From Clostridia bacterium (GTDB lineage Bacteria > Bacillota > Sulfobacillia > Symbiobacteriales > ZC4RG38): a DNA stretch of 51,687 nt. The translations under genes and the position numbers were made by a program. Shown here piece after piece: positions 1 through 9,410 of the stretch; the stretch's first letter is position 1, and each line of letters opens with the position of its first letter. The DNA lies in assembly GCA_036676195.1 (NCBI GenBank), contig JAKFDK010000062.1:1-51687 (forward strand). The letters run 5' to 3'. Under the pieces are notes generated by a model that saw nothing but the letters and a program-made list of their open reading frames with translations, was not told the DNA's origin and made no database searches.

Positions 1-1
1 G

Positions 2-106
2 CTGGTGACCAACCATGAGCGGGTGGAGCGGCTGGAGGTACTGGCCAGAGGCCGGGTGACCGCCGGGGTAACGCCGCTGTTGCGGGTGACCTTGAAAGAG
101 TCGCAG
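2..106 (+). CDS. 3' end of an upstream gene cut by the window edge (...LVTNHERVERLEVLARGRVTAGVTPLLRVTLKESQ*)
   Basis: The frame is open from the window start to TAG at 104-106. It is too short to assign a function. Confidence 0.3.
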
Positions 107-146
107 TAGCCGGCCGCCGGGCCGGAAGAGAGGATGAAGGAAGCCG

Positions 147-569
147 ATGTCGCTGTTTGCCCGCATTGCTGCTGACCCATTTGCCCGCAGTCTGGGGATT
201 GAACTACTGGAACTGAGTGCCGGATATGCCCGCCTGGCCATGACCTGCCGGGAAGAAATGAATAATTTCCATGGTATCGGCCACGGCGGGGCGGTCTTTA
301 CCCTGGCCGATGCCGCCCATGCTGCGGCCTCCAACAGCCACGGCACGGCGGCGGTGGCCCTGAGCATGAACATTCAGTATGTGGCGCCCGCCCGGGCCGG
401 GCAACGCCTGGTGGCCGAGGCCAAAGAAGAGGATCTGGGCGGACGCACGGCGCTTTACCACATTACTGTTCGGGACGAGGCCAGTGGCCAGTTGATTGCC
501 TCGGCCCAGGGCCGGGTCTACCGGACCCACAAGCCCCTGGAAGCGGGCGGATCCGAATCACCAGCGTGA
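147..569 (+). CDS. PaaI/YbgC-type hotdog-fold acyl-CoA thioesterase
   Basis: 140 aa with the hotdog thioesterase pattern (NNFHGIGHGGAVFTLADAAHAAA...). Size and motif are typical of the PaaI family. Confidence 0.7.
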   Translation: MSLFARIAADPFARSLGIELLELSAGYARLAMTCREEMNNFHGIGHGGAVFTLADAAHAAASNSHGTAAVALSMNIQYVAPARAGQRLVAEAKEEDLGGRTALYHITVRDEASGQLIASAQGRVYRTHKPLEAGGSESPA

Positions 570-601
570 CCGTGTCATCTGCGGCAAAATAGGCCCGGGG
601 C

Positions 602-1429
602 GTGCCCGGAGCAGAGAGTGAACAGGAGAGAAGGGCATTGGGCCAGTTTATCGATATCAACTGCGACATGGGTGAAGGTTTCGGACCCTATGTGCTCGGC
701 AACGACGAACAGATGCTGCCATTCATCACTTCGGCCAATGTGGCCTGCGGCTTTCACGCCGGCGATCCCCTGACCATATACCGCACCGTCGCCCTGTGCG
801 CCAAGAACCATGTGGCGGTCGGCGCCCATCCGGGTTACCCCGACCGGCAGGGTTTCGGCCGCCGGGTGCTGGCGTGCTCAGAAGACGAACTGTACACCGA
901 TCTGCTCTACCAGATCGGCGCCATGGTTGCCTTCTGCCGGTCGCTGGGCATCACCCTGCACCATGTGAAACCGCACGGGGCCCTCTATAACCTGGCTGTC
1001 AGGGACGCCGAAGTGGCCCATACCTTCTGCCGGGCGGCCCGGTCCATTCACCCGGAACTGCCCGTTTACGTGCCACCCGGCTCCTGCTTACACGAAGAAG
1101 CCGAAATCATGGGGCTGTCCATCGCCCTGGAAGCCTTTGCCGACCGCGCCTACAACCCGGACGGGACCCTGGTAGACCGCCGGCAGCGGGGTGCTGTGAT
1201 CCACAACCCGGCCGAAGTGGCAGAACGGGTGCTGCGCATGGTCACCATGGGCAAGGTCCGGGCGATTGACGGCACCGACATCGACCTGCAACCGGATACC
1301 ATCTGTGTACACGGCGACACGCCGGGGGCCGTGGCTATCTGCCAGGCCATTGCGGAGAAGCTGGTGGCCAATGGGGTCCGGGCGCGCACGCCGATCTTCA
1401 CCCATGAAGGGGATGCCATGATTGACTAA
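602..1429 (+). CDS. pxpA: 5-oxoprolinase subunit A (LamB/YcsF family)
   Basis: Conserved N-terminal D.N.DMGEGFG motif and LamB/YcsF-like sequence throughout. The true start may be the internal TTG near 638. Confidence 0.85.
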   Translation: MPGAESEQERRALGQFIDINCDMGEGFGPYVLGNDEQMLPFITSANVACGFHAGDPLTIYRTVALCAKNHVAVGAHPGYPDRQGFGRRVLACSEDELYTDLLYQIGAMVAFCRSLGITLHHVKPHGALYNLAVRDAEVAHTFCRAARSIHPELPVYVPPGSCLHEEAEIMGLSIALEAFADRAYNPDGTLVDRRQRGAVIHNPAEVAERVLRMVTMGKVRAIDGTDIDLQPDTICVHGDTPGAVAICQAIAEKLVANGVRARTPIFTHEGDAMID

Positions 1430-2210
1430 GTACGCCCATCCGGGGGAACTGTGGCAGGACTGCCGGCGCGGAGCCTGGGACCGGCCCACCGCCGGTGTGG
1501 CCCCTGGCTACGGCCAGGCCAACCTGGCCATTCTCCCCCGGGCGGACGCCTTTGACTTTTTGCGCTTCTGCACCCGCAACCCCCGGCCCTGCCCCCTGCT
1601 GGAGGTGCTCGACCCCGGCGACCCGGAGCCCCGGCTGACGGCGCCCGGCGCCGACCTGCGCACCGACCTGCCCCGCTACCGGGTCTACCGTTCGGGCGAA
1701 CTGGTGGAGGAAACCGGGGACATTCGCCACCTGTGGCGGGACGACCTGGTGGCCTTCCTGATCGGATGCTCGTTTACCTTCGAAACACCCCTGCTGGAGG
1801 CCGGTGTGCCGGTCCGGCACATCGAATGCGGATGCAACGTACCCATGTTCCGCACCAACCGGCCCACCGTGCCGGCTGGCCGGTTCCACGGCCCGCTGGT
1901 GGTTTCCATGCGACCGGTCCCGGCCGCCCTGGTGTCGGTGGCGGTGGCGGTGACCGCCCGCTATCCTGCCTTCCACGGGGCGCCGGTCTGGGTGGGCGAT
2001 CCGGAGGGCCTGGGCATAGCCGACCCCGGGCGGCCGGACTGGGGTGATCCGGTGCCCATTGCCCCCGGCGAGGTGCCGGTCTTCTGGGCCTGCGGCGTGA
2101 CCCCCCAGGCCGTGGCCATGGCGGCCCGGCCGGAACTGTTCATTGCTCACGCCCCCGGCCACATGTTTGTCACCTCGACCCCCGACCGGGAACTGTTGCA
2201 GCCGTCGTGA
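1422..2210 (+). CDS. DUF1445/YcsI-like putative hydro-lyase
   Basis: 262 aa, overlaps the pxpA stop by 8 nt and lies between pxpA and pxpBC as ycsI does in Bacillus. The family assignment is inferred from this context and from overall composition. Confidence 0.6.
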   Translation: MTKYAHPGELWQDCRRGAWDRPTAGVAPGYGQANLAILPRADAFDFLRFCTRNPRPCPLLEVLDPGDPEPRLTAPGADLRTDLPRYRVYRSGELVEETGDIRHLWRDDLVAFLIGCSFTFETPLLEAGVPVRHIECGCNVPMFRTNRPTVPAGRFHGPLVVSMRPVPAALVSVAVAVTARYPAFHGAPVWVGDPEGLGIADPGRPDWGDPVPIAPGEVPVFWACGVTPQAVAMAARPELFIAHAPGHMFVTSTPDRELLQPS

Positions 2211-4141
2211 CCTTTACCCCGAAAAAACAGATCTACCAGGGAGTGAGATCGTTGGGCGCGATGCCCCAACTGGTTGCCTGTGGGGACCGGGCCGTCCTGA
2301 TCCGCCCCGGCAGCGGCATTGATCCGGCGGTGAACGCCCGGGTGCATGCCCTGGCGCAGGCGCTGGCAGCCCTGAACCACCCGGCCCTGACCGAAATGAT
2401 TCCGGCCTACGACTCCCTGTTGGTGGAGTACGACCCGATCCGCCTGCGCTGGGAAGACCTGCAGCGACTGGTCGCACAGGCGGCAGCCGGGACCGCGGCC
2501 GTCGCCCCGGCCGGCAATCTGGTGGAAATCCCGGTGCTGTACGGCGGCGAGGTGGGCCCCGACCTGGACGATGTGGCCGCTCATACCGGACTGCCAACAG
2601 GTGAAGTGATCCGCCGCCATGCCGACGGGACCTACCGCGTGTACTGCCTGGGTTTCAGCCCTGGCTTTTGCTACCTGGGCGGCCTTGAACCGGCCCTGGC
2701 CACCCCCCGGCTGGCCGACCCGCGCCTACAGGTGCCGGAAGGGTCAGTCGGTATTGGCGGCAGCCAGACCGGCGTCTACCCCAGCGTATCACCGGGTGGC
2801 TGGCGCCTGATCGGGCGCACGCCGGCGCTGCTGTTTGACCCTGACCGCCCGCAGCCCAGCCTGGTGCAGCCCGGAGACAGCGTGCGCTTCCGGCCGGTGG
2901 ACGCCGCCGCCTATGCCGGCCTGCTGGCGGCCCGCCCGGTGCGGTTGCCGCAGCGGCCGGTGGAAGAGAGCGGCCGCCCGGGCCTGCGCGTGCTCAGCCC
3001 CGGCCTGCTGACCACGGTGCAGGACCTGGGGCGCCGGGGCTACCAGGCCCTGGGCGTGCCGGTGGGCGGGGCGGTGGACTACTGGGCCGTGATGGTCGGC
3101 AACTGGCTGCTGGGCAACCGCTCCCGGGCCGCTGCGCTGGAGATGACCGCCACCGGACCCGAGGTGGAGTTCACCGGCCCGGTCGCCTTCTGCCTGACCG
3201 GTGCGGCAGTCCCGGCCGAACTGGTGCCGGGGGGCGGCGGTTCCCCGGTGCGGATTCCCGGCTGGATGAGCCATCTGGCCGGCCCCGGCGACCGGCTGCG
3301 CATCGGTACGGCCACCGCCGGCTGCCGGACCTATCTGTGCGTCGCCGGCGGTGTGGACGTACCGCCGGTGCTGGGCAGCCGCTCCGAGGACCTGTTTGCC
3401 GGTCTCGGCCCGTTCGGGCGGGCACTGCAGACGGGCGACTGGCTGCCGGCAGGCCGTCCGGTGCTGTCTCCGGCCGACCTGGCCGGCCGGGTGCTGCCGG
3501 TGGATGCCATCCCCCATTACCATGGCGCCTGGCAGGGAGCCCTGGAGGTGCGTGTGGTCCTGGGGCCGCAGGCCGATGCCTTCACCCCGGAGGGGATGGC
3601 CACCTTCCTGGGCAGCGAATACCGCATCAGTACCCGCAGTGACCGCCAGGGGGCCCGCCTGGAGGGGCCGGCGGTCCGGCACCGCCACGGGGCGGATATC
3701 CTGTCTGAAGGCATGCCGGCCGGAGGCATTCAGGTGCCCGCCGACGGCAAGCCGATTCTGCTGCTGGCCAACCGCCAGACCATGGGCGGGTATGCGAAGA
3801 TTGCCGTTGCCCTTTACCCGGATGTGGCCAGGGTCGGCCAGTTGCGCCCCGGCGACACCCTGCGCCTGCGCCAGGTTGACCTTTCCGAGGCCCATCACCT
3901 GGCCTGGGCCGAGCGCCGGGAACTGGCCCAGGTCCGGCGCTACCTGGAGCGGGAAGCCGCCGGCGCCCGCCGCCGGCACGAGCCGGTGGGGGCGCCCGTG
4001 GCCGTAGCCGCCCCGGTGCCCGCCACTGTACCCGAGGCCCCGGCACCGGCTACCGCCAGTGGACCGGTCTGGCAGTTCAGAGTGCGGATCGACGCCCTGG
4101 AATTCGCAGTGGAGGTCGCCGAGGAACTGGAGACGGAGTGA
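2207..4141 (+). CDS. pxpBC: Fused 5-oxoprolinase subunits B and C (KipI/KipA-like allophanate-hydrolase-type domains) with an Ala/Pro-rich C-terminal extension
   Basis: The N-terminal half resembles PxpB/KipI (..AVLIRPG..., cyclophilin-like). The C-terminal half resembles PxpC/KipA (GGxMDxxxxxxAN-type, ..[16 protein letters not shown]..). About 100 extra C-terminal residues are low-complexity. The start overlaps the previous stop (ATGA). Confidence 0.8.
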   Translation: MTFTPKKQIYQGVRSLGAMPQLVACGDRAVLIRPGSGIDPAVNARVHALAQALAALNHPALTEMIPAYDSLLVEYDPIRLRWEDLQRLVAQAAAGTAAVAPAGNLVEIPVLYGGEVGPDLDDVAAHTGLPTGEVIRRHADGTYRVYCLGFSPGFCYLGGLEPALATPRLADPRLQVPEGSVGIGGSQTGVYPSVSPGGWRLIGRTPALLFDPDRPQPSLVQPGDSVRFRPVDAAAYAGLLAARPVRLPQRPVEESGRPGLRVLSPGLLTTVQDLGRRGYQALGVPVGGAVDYWAVMVGNWLLGNRSRAAALEMTATGPEVEFTGPVAFCLTGAAVPAELVPGGGGSPVRIPGWMSHLAGPGDRLRIGTATAGCRTYLCVAGGVDVPPVLGSRSEDLFAGLGPFGRALQTGDWLPAGRPVLSPADLAGRVLPVDAIPHYHGAWQGALEVRVVLGPQADAFTPEGMATFLGSEYRISTRSDRQGARLEGPAVRHRHGADILSEGMPAGGIQVPADGKPILLLANRQTMGGYAKIAVALYPDVARVGQLRPGDTLRLRQVDLSEAHHLAWAERRELAQVRRYLEREAAGARRRHEPVGAPVAVAAPVPATVPEAPAPATASGPVWQFRVRIDALEFAVEVAEELETE

Positions 4142-4147
4142 GCACGG

Positions 4148-4876
4148 GTGGAAATTCGCATTGCCGTAGCCAAAGTAGCCAAATTCGGGTTCAGTGAGAG
4201 CGGCGACACGGTCGAGATGGCGGAGCGGCCGCGGGGCGGCATGACCTGCATCCTGGCCGACGGGCAGGGGCACGGCCGGTCCGCCCAGCGCACCAGTTCC
4301 CTGGTGGCTGCCAAGGCGGTGGGGCTGGTCAGCGACGGGGCCCGCGACGGTGCCGTCGCCCGCGCCGTGCACGACTACCTCTACGCTGTCCGGGACGGCA
4401 AGGTCTCGGCCGACCTCACCCTGCTGTCGATGGACCTGCGCACCGAGACCCTGGTGGTTTCCCGCAATGCCAACTCACCGGTGCTGGTGCGGGATGCTGA
4501 CGGTACCACCCACCTGCTCAACGAACGGGTGGAGCCCATCGGGGTGCACGAGCGCATGAAACCGGCCATCAGCGAATTTCCCCTGGCCCCCGGTATTCTG
4601 CTCCTGGCCATGACCGACGGGGTGGTGGAGGCCGGGCGCCGGGAGAACGAACAATTGCTGCTGACCGAACTGGAGGCCCTGCTGGCGGCGGCGGAACCGG
4701 CCGGAGTCACTGAACTGGCCGACTCCGTGCTGGCGCTGGCCATGGCCCGGGACCGGGGGCGCCCGGCCGACGATATGGCAGTGGTGGCCATGGGCCTGGA
4801 CCGCCGGTCTGGCGAAGAACCCCGGGTCCGGCGGGTGACCGTGACCGCTCCGGTATCGGCACGTACCGTGCGCTAA
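4148..4876 (+). CDS. Minimal PP2C-family serine phosphatase (SpoIIE/RsbX-like)
   Basis: GTG start. ADGQGHG metal-binding motif and C-terminal DDMAVVAM motif typical of PPM/PP2C phosphatases. Confidence 0.7.
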   Translation: MEIRIAVAKVAKFGFSESGDTVEMAERPRGGMTCILADGQGHGRSAQRTSSLVAAKAVGLVSDGARDGAVARAVHDYLYAVRDGKVSADLTLLSMDLRTETLVVSRNANSPVLVRDADGTTHLLNERVEPIGVHERMKPAISEFPLAPGILLLAMTDGVVEAGRRENEQLLLTELEALLAAAEPAGVTELADSVLALAMARDRGRPADDMAVVAMGLDRRSGEEPRVRRVTVTAPVSARTVR

Positions 4877-4890
4877 AGGGGGACCCGGAG

Positions 4891-5271
4891 ATGGCCCGAC
4901 CAGTGATTGCCGTAGTAGGAGTCTGTGCGGCAGGCAAATCGACCCTGGCCCGCGGCCTGCAGGAGGCTGGCTACGAGGCATACAGCGTGCCGCAGGAACA
5001 CTCGGTGGTGCGGCGCCTGTACGCCAAGAAGCAACCGGACCTGTTGATCATGCTGGACGCCCGCTGGGAGACGACCCGGCGCCGCCGCCCGGATATCAGT
5101 TACGGACCGGAGCGGCTGGAGGAGCAGCGGCAGCGCCTGCGCTACGCCCGCGACGAGTGCCACCTGTACCTGCCAACGGACGGTCTGACCATCGCCGAGG
5201 TGCGCCAGGCAGCCATTGACCTGGCCCGGCAGTGGCAGGAACGGCAGGGGGCGGCCACAGGCGGCTGGTAG
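4891..5271 (+). CDS. Small P-loop NTPase/kinase-like protein
   Basis: Walker A VVGVCAAGKST at the N-terminus. At 126 aa there is no obvious lid domain. Confidence 0.5.
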   Translation: MARPVIAVVGVCAAGKSTLARGLQEAGYEAYSVPQEHSVVRRLYAKKQPDLLIMLDARWETTRRRRPDISYGPERLEEQRQRLRYARDECHLYLPTDGLTIAEVRQAAIDLARQWQERQGAATGGW

Positions 5272-5311
5272 CAGGGGGCCGAAACAAGTTGGATGGCAGG
5301 AGGCGGAACGT

Positions 5312-5971
5312 TTGGTGACACTTGAGACCATCAAGGCCGATCCGGAAGTGCATATGTACATCATCAAAGCCTATGAAGCCTTGCGCGCCATTGGCTATAC
5401 CGAACATGGGCTGCGTCATGTCGGGCTGGTCTCGGCCCGGGCCATTGCCCTGATGCAGGAGCTGGAACAGCCGGCACGCCGGGCGGAACTGGCCGGCATC
5501 GCCGGCTTGCTACACGACATTGGCAACATGGTTAACCGGGAAGGCCATGGCCGGACCAGTGCCATCATTGCCCACCATATCCTCACCCGTTTGGGGATGG
5601 AGCCGGCTGAGATCGCCGACGTGCTGATGGCCATCGGCAACCATGAGGAGGCGCACGGGGAACCGGTGAACGATGTGGCGGCGGCGCTGATCCTGGCCGA
5701 CAAGAGTGACGTTCATCGCACGCGGGTGTATAATCGGGACCTGGCGACCTTCGACATCCACGACCGGGTCAACTACGCCGTGACCCACTCGGCGCTGGTG
5801 GTGGACCGGAACGCCGAGGCCGTTGCCCTGCAGTTGGATGTGGACACCGATATCATCAAGCTAATGGAGTACTTTGAGATCTTCCTCAGCCGCATGGTCA
5901 TGTGCCGCCGGGCTGCCCAGAAACTGGGCTGCCGGTTTGAATTGCATATGAACGGAACCCGGTTACTTTGA
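5312..5971 (+). CDS. HD-domain phosphohydrolase
   Basis: H..(LLHDIGN)..D motif set. The track ORF starts at 5216, but GGAGG at 5299-5303 followed by TTG 5312 / GTG 5315 is the more plausible start. Confidence 0.65.
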   Translation: MVTLETIKADPEVHMYIIKAYEALRAIGYTEHGLRHVGLVSARAIALMQELEQPARRAELAGIAGLLHDIGNMVNREGHGRTSAIIAHHILTRLGMEPAEIADVLMAIGNHEEAHGEPVNDVAAALILADKSDVHRTRVYNRDLATFDIHDRVNYAVTHSALVVDRNAEAVALQLDVDTDIIKLMEYFEIFLSRMVMCRRAAQKLGCRFELHMNGTRLL

Positions 5972-6009
5972 CCTGGATTACAGAATATAGGAAAACCGGT
6001 GCCGTTTCG

Positions 6010-6038
6010 TTGACATCCCATTGGGTCACCCCTATAAT
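6010..6038 (+). promoter_or_regulatory. Consensus sigma70/sigmaA-type promoter for secDF
   Basis: TTGACA (6010-6015), a 17-nt spacer, then TATAAT (6033-6038). An RBS AAAGGGGGA and the secD ATG follow about 60 nt downstream. Confidence 0.5.
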
Positions 6039-6095
6039 GATTCGAGGGTAGATCGAATACCGATTCTAGTAGCTGTTAAAGGGGGATTTCTGCCC

Positions 6096-7316
6096 ATGCG
6101 GGCCGCGGCACTGCTACTGGCTCTGCTGCTAGCACTCGGCGGAGCCAGCTATTACTTTACCGCCGTCAAGCCAATTGACGACATGATGAAAAAGGGCCTG
6201 GACATCAAGGGTGGCGTGCGCCTGGTCCTGGAAGGGCGGGACACCCCGGAAGCCAAAGTCTCCAAGGAAACGATGGAGCAGGCCGTCAAGGTGATTGATT
6301 TCCGGGTCAACAAGCTGGGTGTCTCCGAACCCAATATTCAGTTGGAAGGCGACAACCGGATTATTGTTGAACTGGCCGACGTGGCCAACACCGAAGAGGC
6401 CCGTAAGACGATTGGCACCACCGCACAGCTCATGTTTGTTGATCCGGAAGGGCAGTTGGTGCTGAGCGGCCAGGACGTGGCCGATGCCTCCGCCTACCAG
6501 GACCCGGCCGGCGGTTTCGGCGTTTCGCTGGACCTGAAGGGCGACGGCGTCAAGAAGTTCGCTGAGGCCACGGCCAAGTACATCGGCCAGCCCATTGCGA
6601 TTTTGCTGGACGAGCAGGTCATTTCCGCCCCGACGGTGCAGGGCGTGATTGACAGCGGCAACGCTTCGATTACCGGCAACTTCACCGCCGAGGAAGCCCA
6701 GCGGCTGGCCAACCTGATCAAGGGCGGCGCGCTGCCGATTAAACTGGAAATCATCGAAAACCGCACCGTCAGCGCCACCCTGGGCCAGGACAGCTTTAAC
6801 AAGTCCATCAAGGCCGGGGCTATCGGCGCCCTGCTTGTGGCCCTGTTCATGATCCTTCGCTACAAGGTGCCCGGTCTGATCGCCGTTTTCGCCCTGAGTG
6901 TCTACCTGTGGCTGACCGTCGGCTCCATTGTAGCCATGAACGCCGTGCTGACTCTGCCCGGCATCGCCGGGATCATCCTGTCGCTGGGCATGGCAGTGGA
7001 CGCCAACGTGCTGATTTTTGAACGGATCCGGGAAGAACTGCGCAAGGGCACCGGGCTGCGCACCGGCATTGATGCCGGCTTCCGCAACGCCTTCAGCGCC
7101 GTCATTGACTCCAACGTCACCACCATTCTGGCCGCTCTGATCCTGTACTGGCTGGGCACCGGCCCGGTCAAGGGCTTCGGTCTGACCCTGGCTGTTGGTG
7201 TGACCATCTCGCTGTTCACGGCCATTACCCTCACCCGCTGGCTGATCAAGCTGGTGGTCGCCACCGGCTGGGTCAAGAAGACGATCTTTGTCAGCGAGAA
7301 GGAGGTGTCGGCGTAA
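6096..7316 (+). CDS. secD: Protein translocase subunit SecD
   Basis: N-terminal TM helix, periplasmic domain and C-terminal 6-TM SecD signature (GLTLAVGVTISLFTAI...). Start chosen at ATG 6096 after the RBS; the track ORF from 6021 runs through the promoter. Confidence 0.9.
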   Translation: MRAAALLLALLLALGGASYYFTAVKPIDDMMKKGLDIKGGVRLVLEGRDTPEAKVSKETMEQAVKVIDFRVNKLGVSEPNIQLEGDNRIIVELADVANTEEARKTIGTTAQLMFVDPEGQLVLSGQDVADASAYQDPAGGFGVSLDLKGDGVKKFAEATAKYIGQPIAILLDEQVISAPTVQGVIDSGNASITGNFTAEEAQRLANLIKGGALPIKLEIIENRTVSATLGQDSFNKSIKAGAIGALLVALFMILRYKVPGLIAVFALSVYLWLTVGSIVAMNAVLTLPGIAGIILSLGMAVDANVLIFERIREELRKGTGLRTGIDAGFRNAFSAVIDSNVTTILAALILYWLGTGPVKGFGLTLAVGVTISLFTAITLTRWLIKLVVATGWVKKTIFVSEKEVSA

Positions 7317-8239
7317 TGGCCAACAAGCCGCTCAACATCGATTTCATGGGCCGTTCCAGGCTCATGGTCGGCATCTCCCTGGTCATTATGGTCATCGGGC
7401 TCATCAGCATGATTCCGGCGGTGAAGGGCCTGAACCTCGGCATCGACTTCACCGGCGGCACCCAGGCTGAAATCCGGTTCGAGCAGCAGCATACGGTCCC
7501 CCAGGTCAGCGATGTGGTCCAGGAAATCACCGGCAAGACGCCCACCGTCAAGACTGCCGAGCTCAAGGGCGGTGCCAGCGGCTCGGCCTTCCTGATCAAC
7601 ACCGTGTCCATGGATGAAGCCAAGCGGGCCGGCTTCTACACGCAGCTTGAGGCCAAGCTGGGCAAGTTTGAACGGCTGGGCGAGGCCGAAGTCTCCGGTA
7701 CCATCCGGTCGGAACTGATCCTGAACGCCCTGCTGGCCGTCGGCATCGCCTCGGTGCTGCAGATTGTCTATATCGCCTTCCGGTTTGAATTCAAGTTTGC
7801 CATCAGTGCCATCGCAGCCATGCTCCATGACCTGGTGCTGGTGCTGGGTCTGATGTCGATCCTGCACGTCGAACTGGGCCCGCCCTTTGTGGCCGCCCTG
7901 CTGACCGTGATCGGCTATTCCGTCAACGACTCCATTGTCGTGTTTGACCGTGTCCGCGAACTGGTCAAGACCAGCAAGAAGAGCGAACCCATCGCGGTCG
8001 TGATCAACCGCAGCGTCAACGAGACCCTGAGCCGGACCATCAATACCGGTATCAGCGTCTGGCTGGCCCTGCTGGCGATCATTTTCCTGGGCGGCGAAAG
8101 CACCTTTGACTTCGCCGTGGCGCTCTTCATCGGTCTGACCAGCGGCACTTACAGTTCCGTCTTCATTGCCAGCGCCCTGCTGATGTGGTGGAAGCAGTGG
8201 GAGAGCAGCCAGCGCAAGCGGGTGGCGGCTGCCCGCTGA
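7316..8239 (+). CDS. secF: Protein translocase subunit SecF
   Basis: Start overlaps the secD stop (TAATGG). Typical SecF sequence (DFTGGT..., LHDLVLVLG, SVNDSIVVFDR). Confidence 0.9.
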   Translation: MANKPLNIDFMGRSRLMVGISLVIMVIGLISMIPAVKGLNLGIDFTGGTQAEIRFEQQHTVPQVSDVVQEITGKTPTVKTAELKGGASGSAFLINTVSMDEAKRAGFYTQLEAKLGKFERLGEAEVSGTIRSELILNALLAVGIASVLQIVYIAFRFEFKFAISAIAAMLHDLVLVLGLMSILHVELGPPFVAALLTVIGYSVNDSIVVFDRVRELVKTSKKSEPIAVVINRSVNETLSRTINTGISVWLALLAIIFLGGESTFDFAVALFIGLTSGTYSSVFIASALLMWWKQWESSQRKRVAAAR

Positions 8240-8309
8240 GGCCTGACGCACAGGGTATAACCGAAGTATTGTCTCAATCTGTTCGGTGTGTTAAGATACA
8301 CTCACACAT

Positions 8310-8367
8310 GGAAAGACCGGACTGGACAAGACGTCCAGCCGGTCTTTCCGGCATGATTGGGGTTTTT
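8310..8367 (+). terminator. Rho-independent terminator downstream of secF
   Basis: 17-bp hairpin GGAAAGACCGGACTGGAC/GTCCAGCCGGTCTTTCC with loop AAGA, and TTTTT at 8363-8367. Confidence 0.5.
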
Positions 8368-8407
8368 CCCTGGACCAACTTTATACGTCAGACAGGGGAC
8401 GTGTCAC

Positions 8408-9286
8408 ATGACCCACACCGAGCGGTATACCACCGGCAAGCGGGGGGCCCTCACCGGTCTGGTCGCCTATGCCGTGCTGGCGGCAACTAAACTGGCAGTC
8501 GGCACCTGGGTAGGATCCCGGGCGATGATTGCCGACGGCCTCAACAATGTCACCGACGTGATCGCCAGCGTGGCGGTATTGATTGGTCTGCGGGTCGGCC
8601 GGGAACCGGCTGACGCCGACCATCGCTACGGGCACTGGAAGGCAGAAACGGTGGCCACGCTGGTGGTGGCGGCGCTGATGGCCGCCGTCGGCCTGGAAGT
8701 GGCCGTTGGCGCCGTCCAGGCCCTGCTGGCGGGCGAGGCGCCGGTTGCCGGGGCCCCCGCTACGGTGGCCGCCTGGGTGTCGGGTGGGGCAGCCGTCCTC
8801 ATGTTGGTCCTCTTTGTGCACAACCGGTCCCTGGGCCGCCGGCTCCACTGTGAGCCGCTCTCCGCCCTTGCTGCCGACCAGTTGGCCGACTGTCTCTGTA
8901 GTACGGCCGCCCTGGTGGGCCTTCTGGGGGCGCAGGCCGGTTATCCGTGGCTTGACCCCACGGCCGGGCTGGTGGTGGCCGGCTTTATCCTCCGCACCGC
9001 TTATAAGGTGGGCTACGATGGGGCCCATGCCCTGATGGACGGGTTCGACACCGAGCGTCTGCGCGCCATTGAAGACCGGGTGGCCCTGGTGCAGGGCGTG
9101 CAGGCGGTGTATGACATCCGGGCCCGCCACGCCGGCCCGGCGGTGCTGGTGGATGTGACCATCGGGGTGGACCGGGGCATGACAGTGGCCCAGGGCCATG
9201 AGGTGGCCGAACGGGTGGAGCGGCACCTGGACGGTTTCTTACAGATCACCGGCGTGATGGTTCATGTGGAACCGGTGCAGCGGTAG
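8408..9286 (+). CDS. Cation diffusion facilitator (CzcD-like) metal efflux transporter
   Basis: Six TM helices plus a C-terminal cytoplasmic domain. CDF signature (ADGLNNVTDVIAS..., HVEP). ATG 8408 is chosen over the track start at 8357. Confidence 0.85.
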   Translation: MTHTERYTTGKRGALTGLVAYAVLAATKLAVGTWVGSRAMIADGLNNVTDVIASVAVLIGLRVGREPADADHRYGHWKAETVATLVVAALMAAVGLEVAVGAVQALLAGEAPVAGAPATVAAWVSGGAAVLMLVLFVHNRSLGRRLHCEPLSALAADQLADCLCSTAALVGLLGAQAGYPWLDPTAGLVVAGFILRTAYKVGYDGAHALMDGFDTERLRAIEDRVALVQGVQAVYDIRARHAGPAVLVDVTIGVDRGMTVAQGHEVAERVERHLDGFLQITGVMVHVEPVQR

Positions 9287-9311
9287 CGGCAAAACTGATG
9301 GCAGCAAGAAC

Positions 9312-9340
9312 GACGGGGGAGGCAGTTTGCCTCCCCCGTC
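9312..9340. terminator. Bidirectional terminator hairpin between the convergent CDF and trpB2 genes
   Basis: Perfect 12-bp GC-rich stem GACGGGGGAGGC/GCCTCCCCCGTC with a 5-nt loop. Confidence 0.5.
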
Positions 9341-9410
9341 GCACATCCACAGGAGCGTTCCCGGCACGCCCAGGAGGGGAAGACCCGGCCTGGCCGATCG
9401 GCAGCAAGGT

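Noticed and set aside
2789-4372. 527-aa minus-strand ORF
   Set aside because: It is antisense to the well-supported pxpBC gene, low-complexity, and has no motifs.
6902-8251. 449-aa minus-strand ORF
   Set aside because: It is antisense to secD/secF, whose identities are unambiguous.
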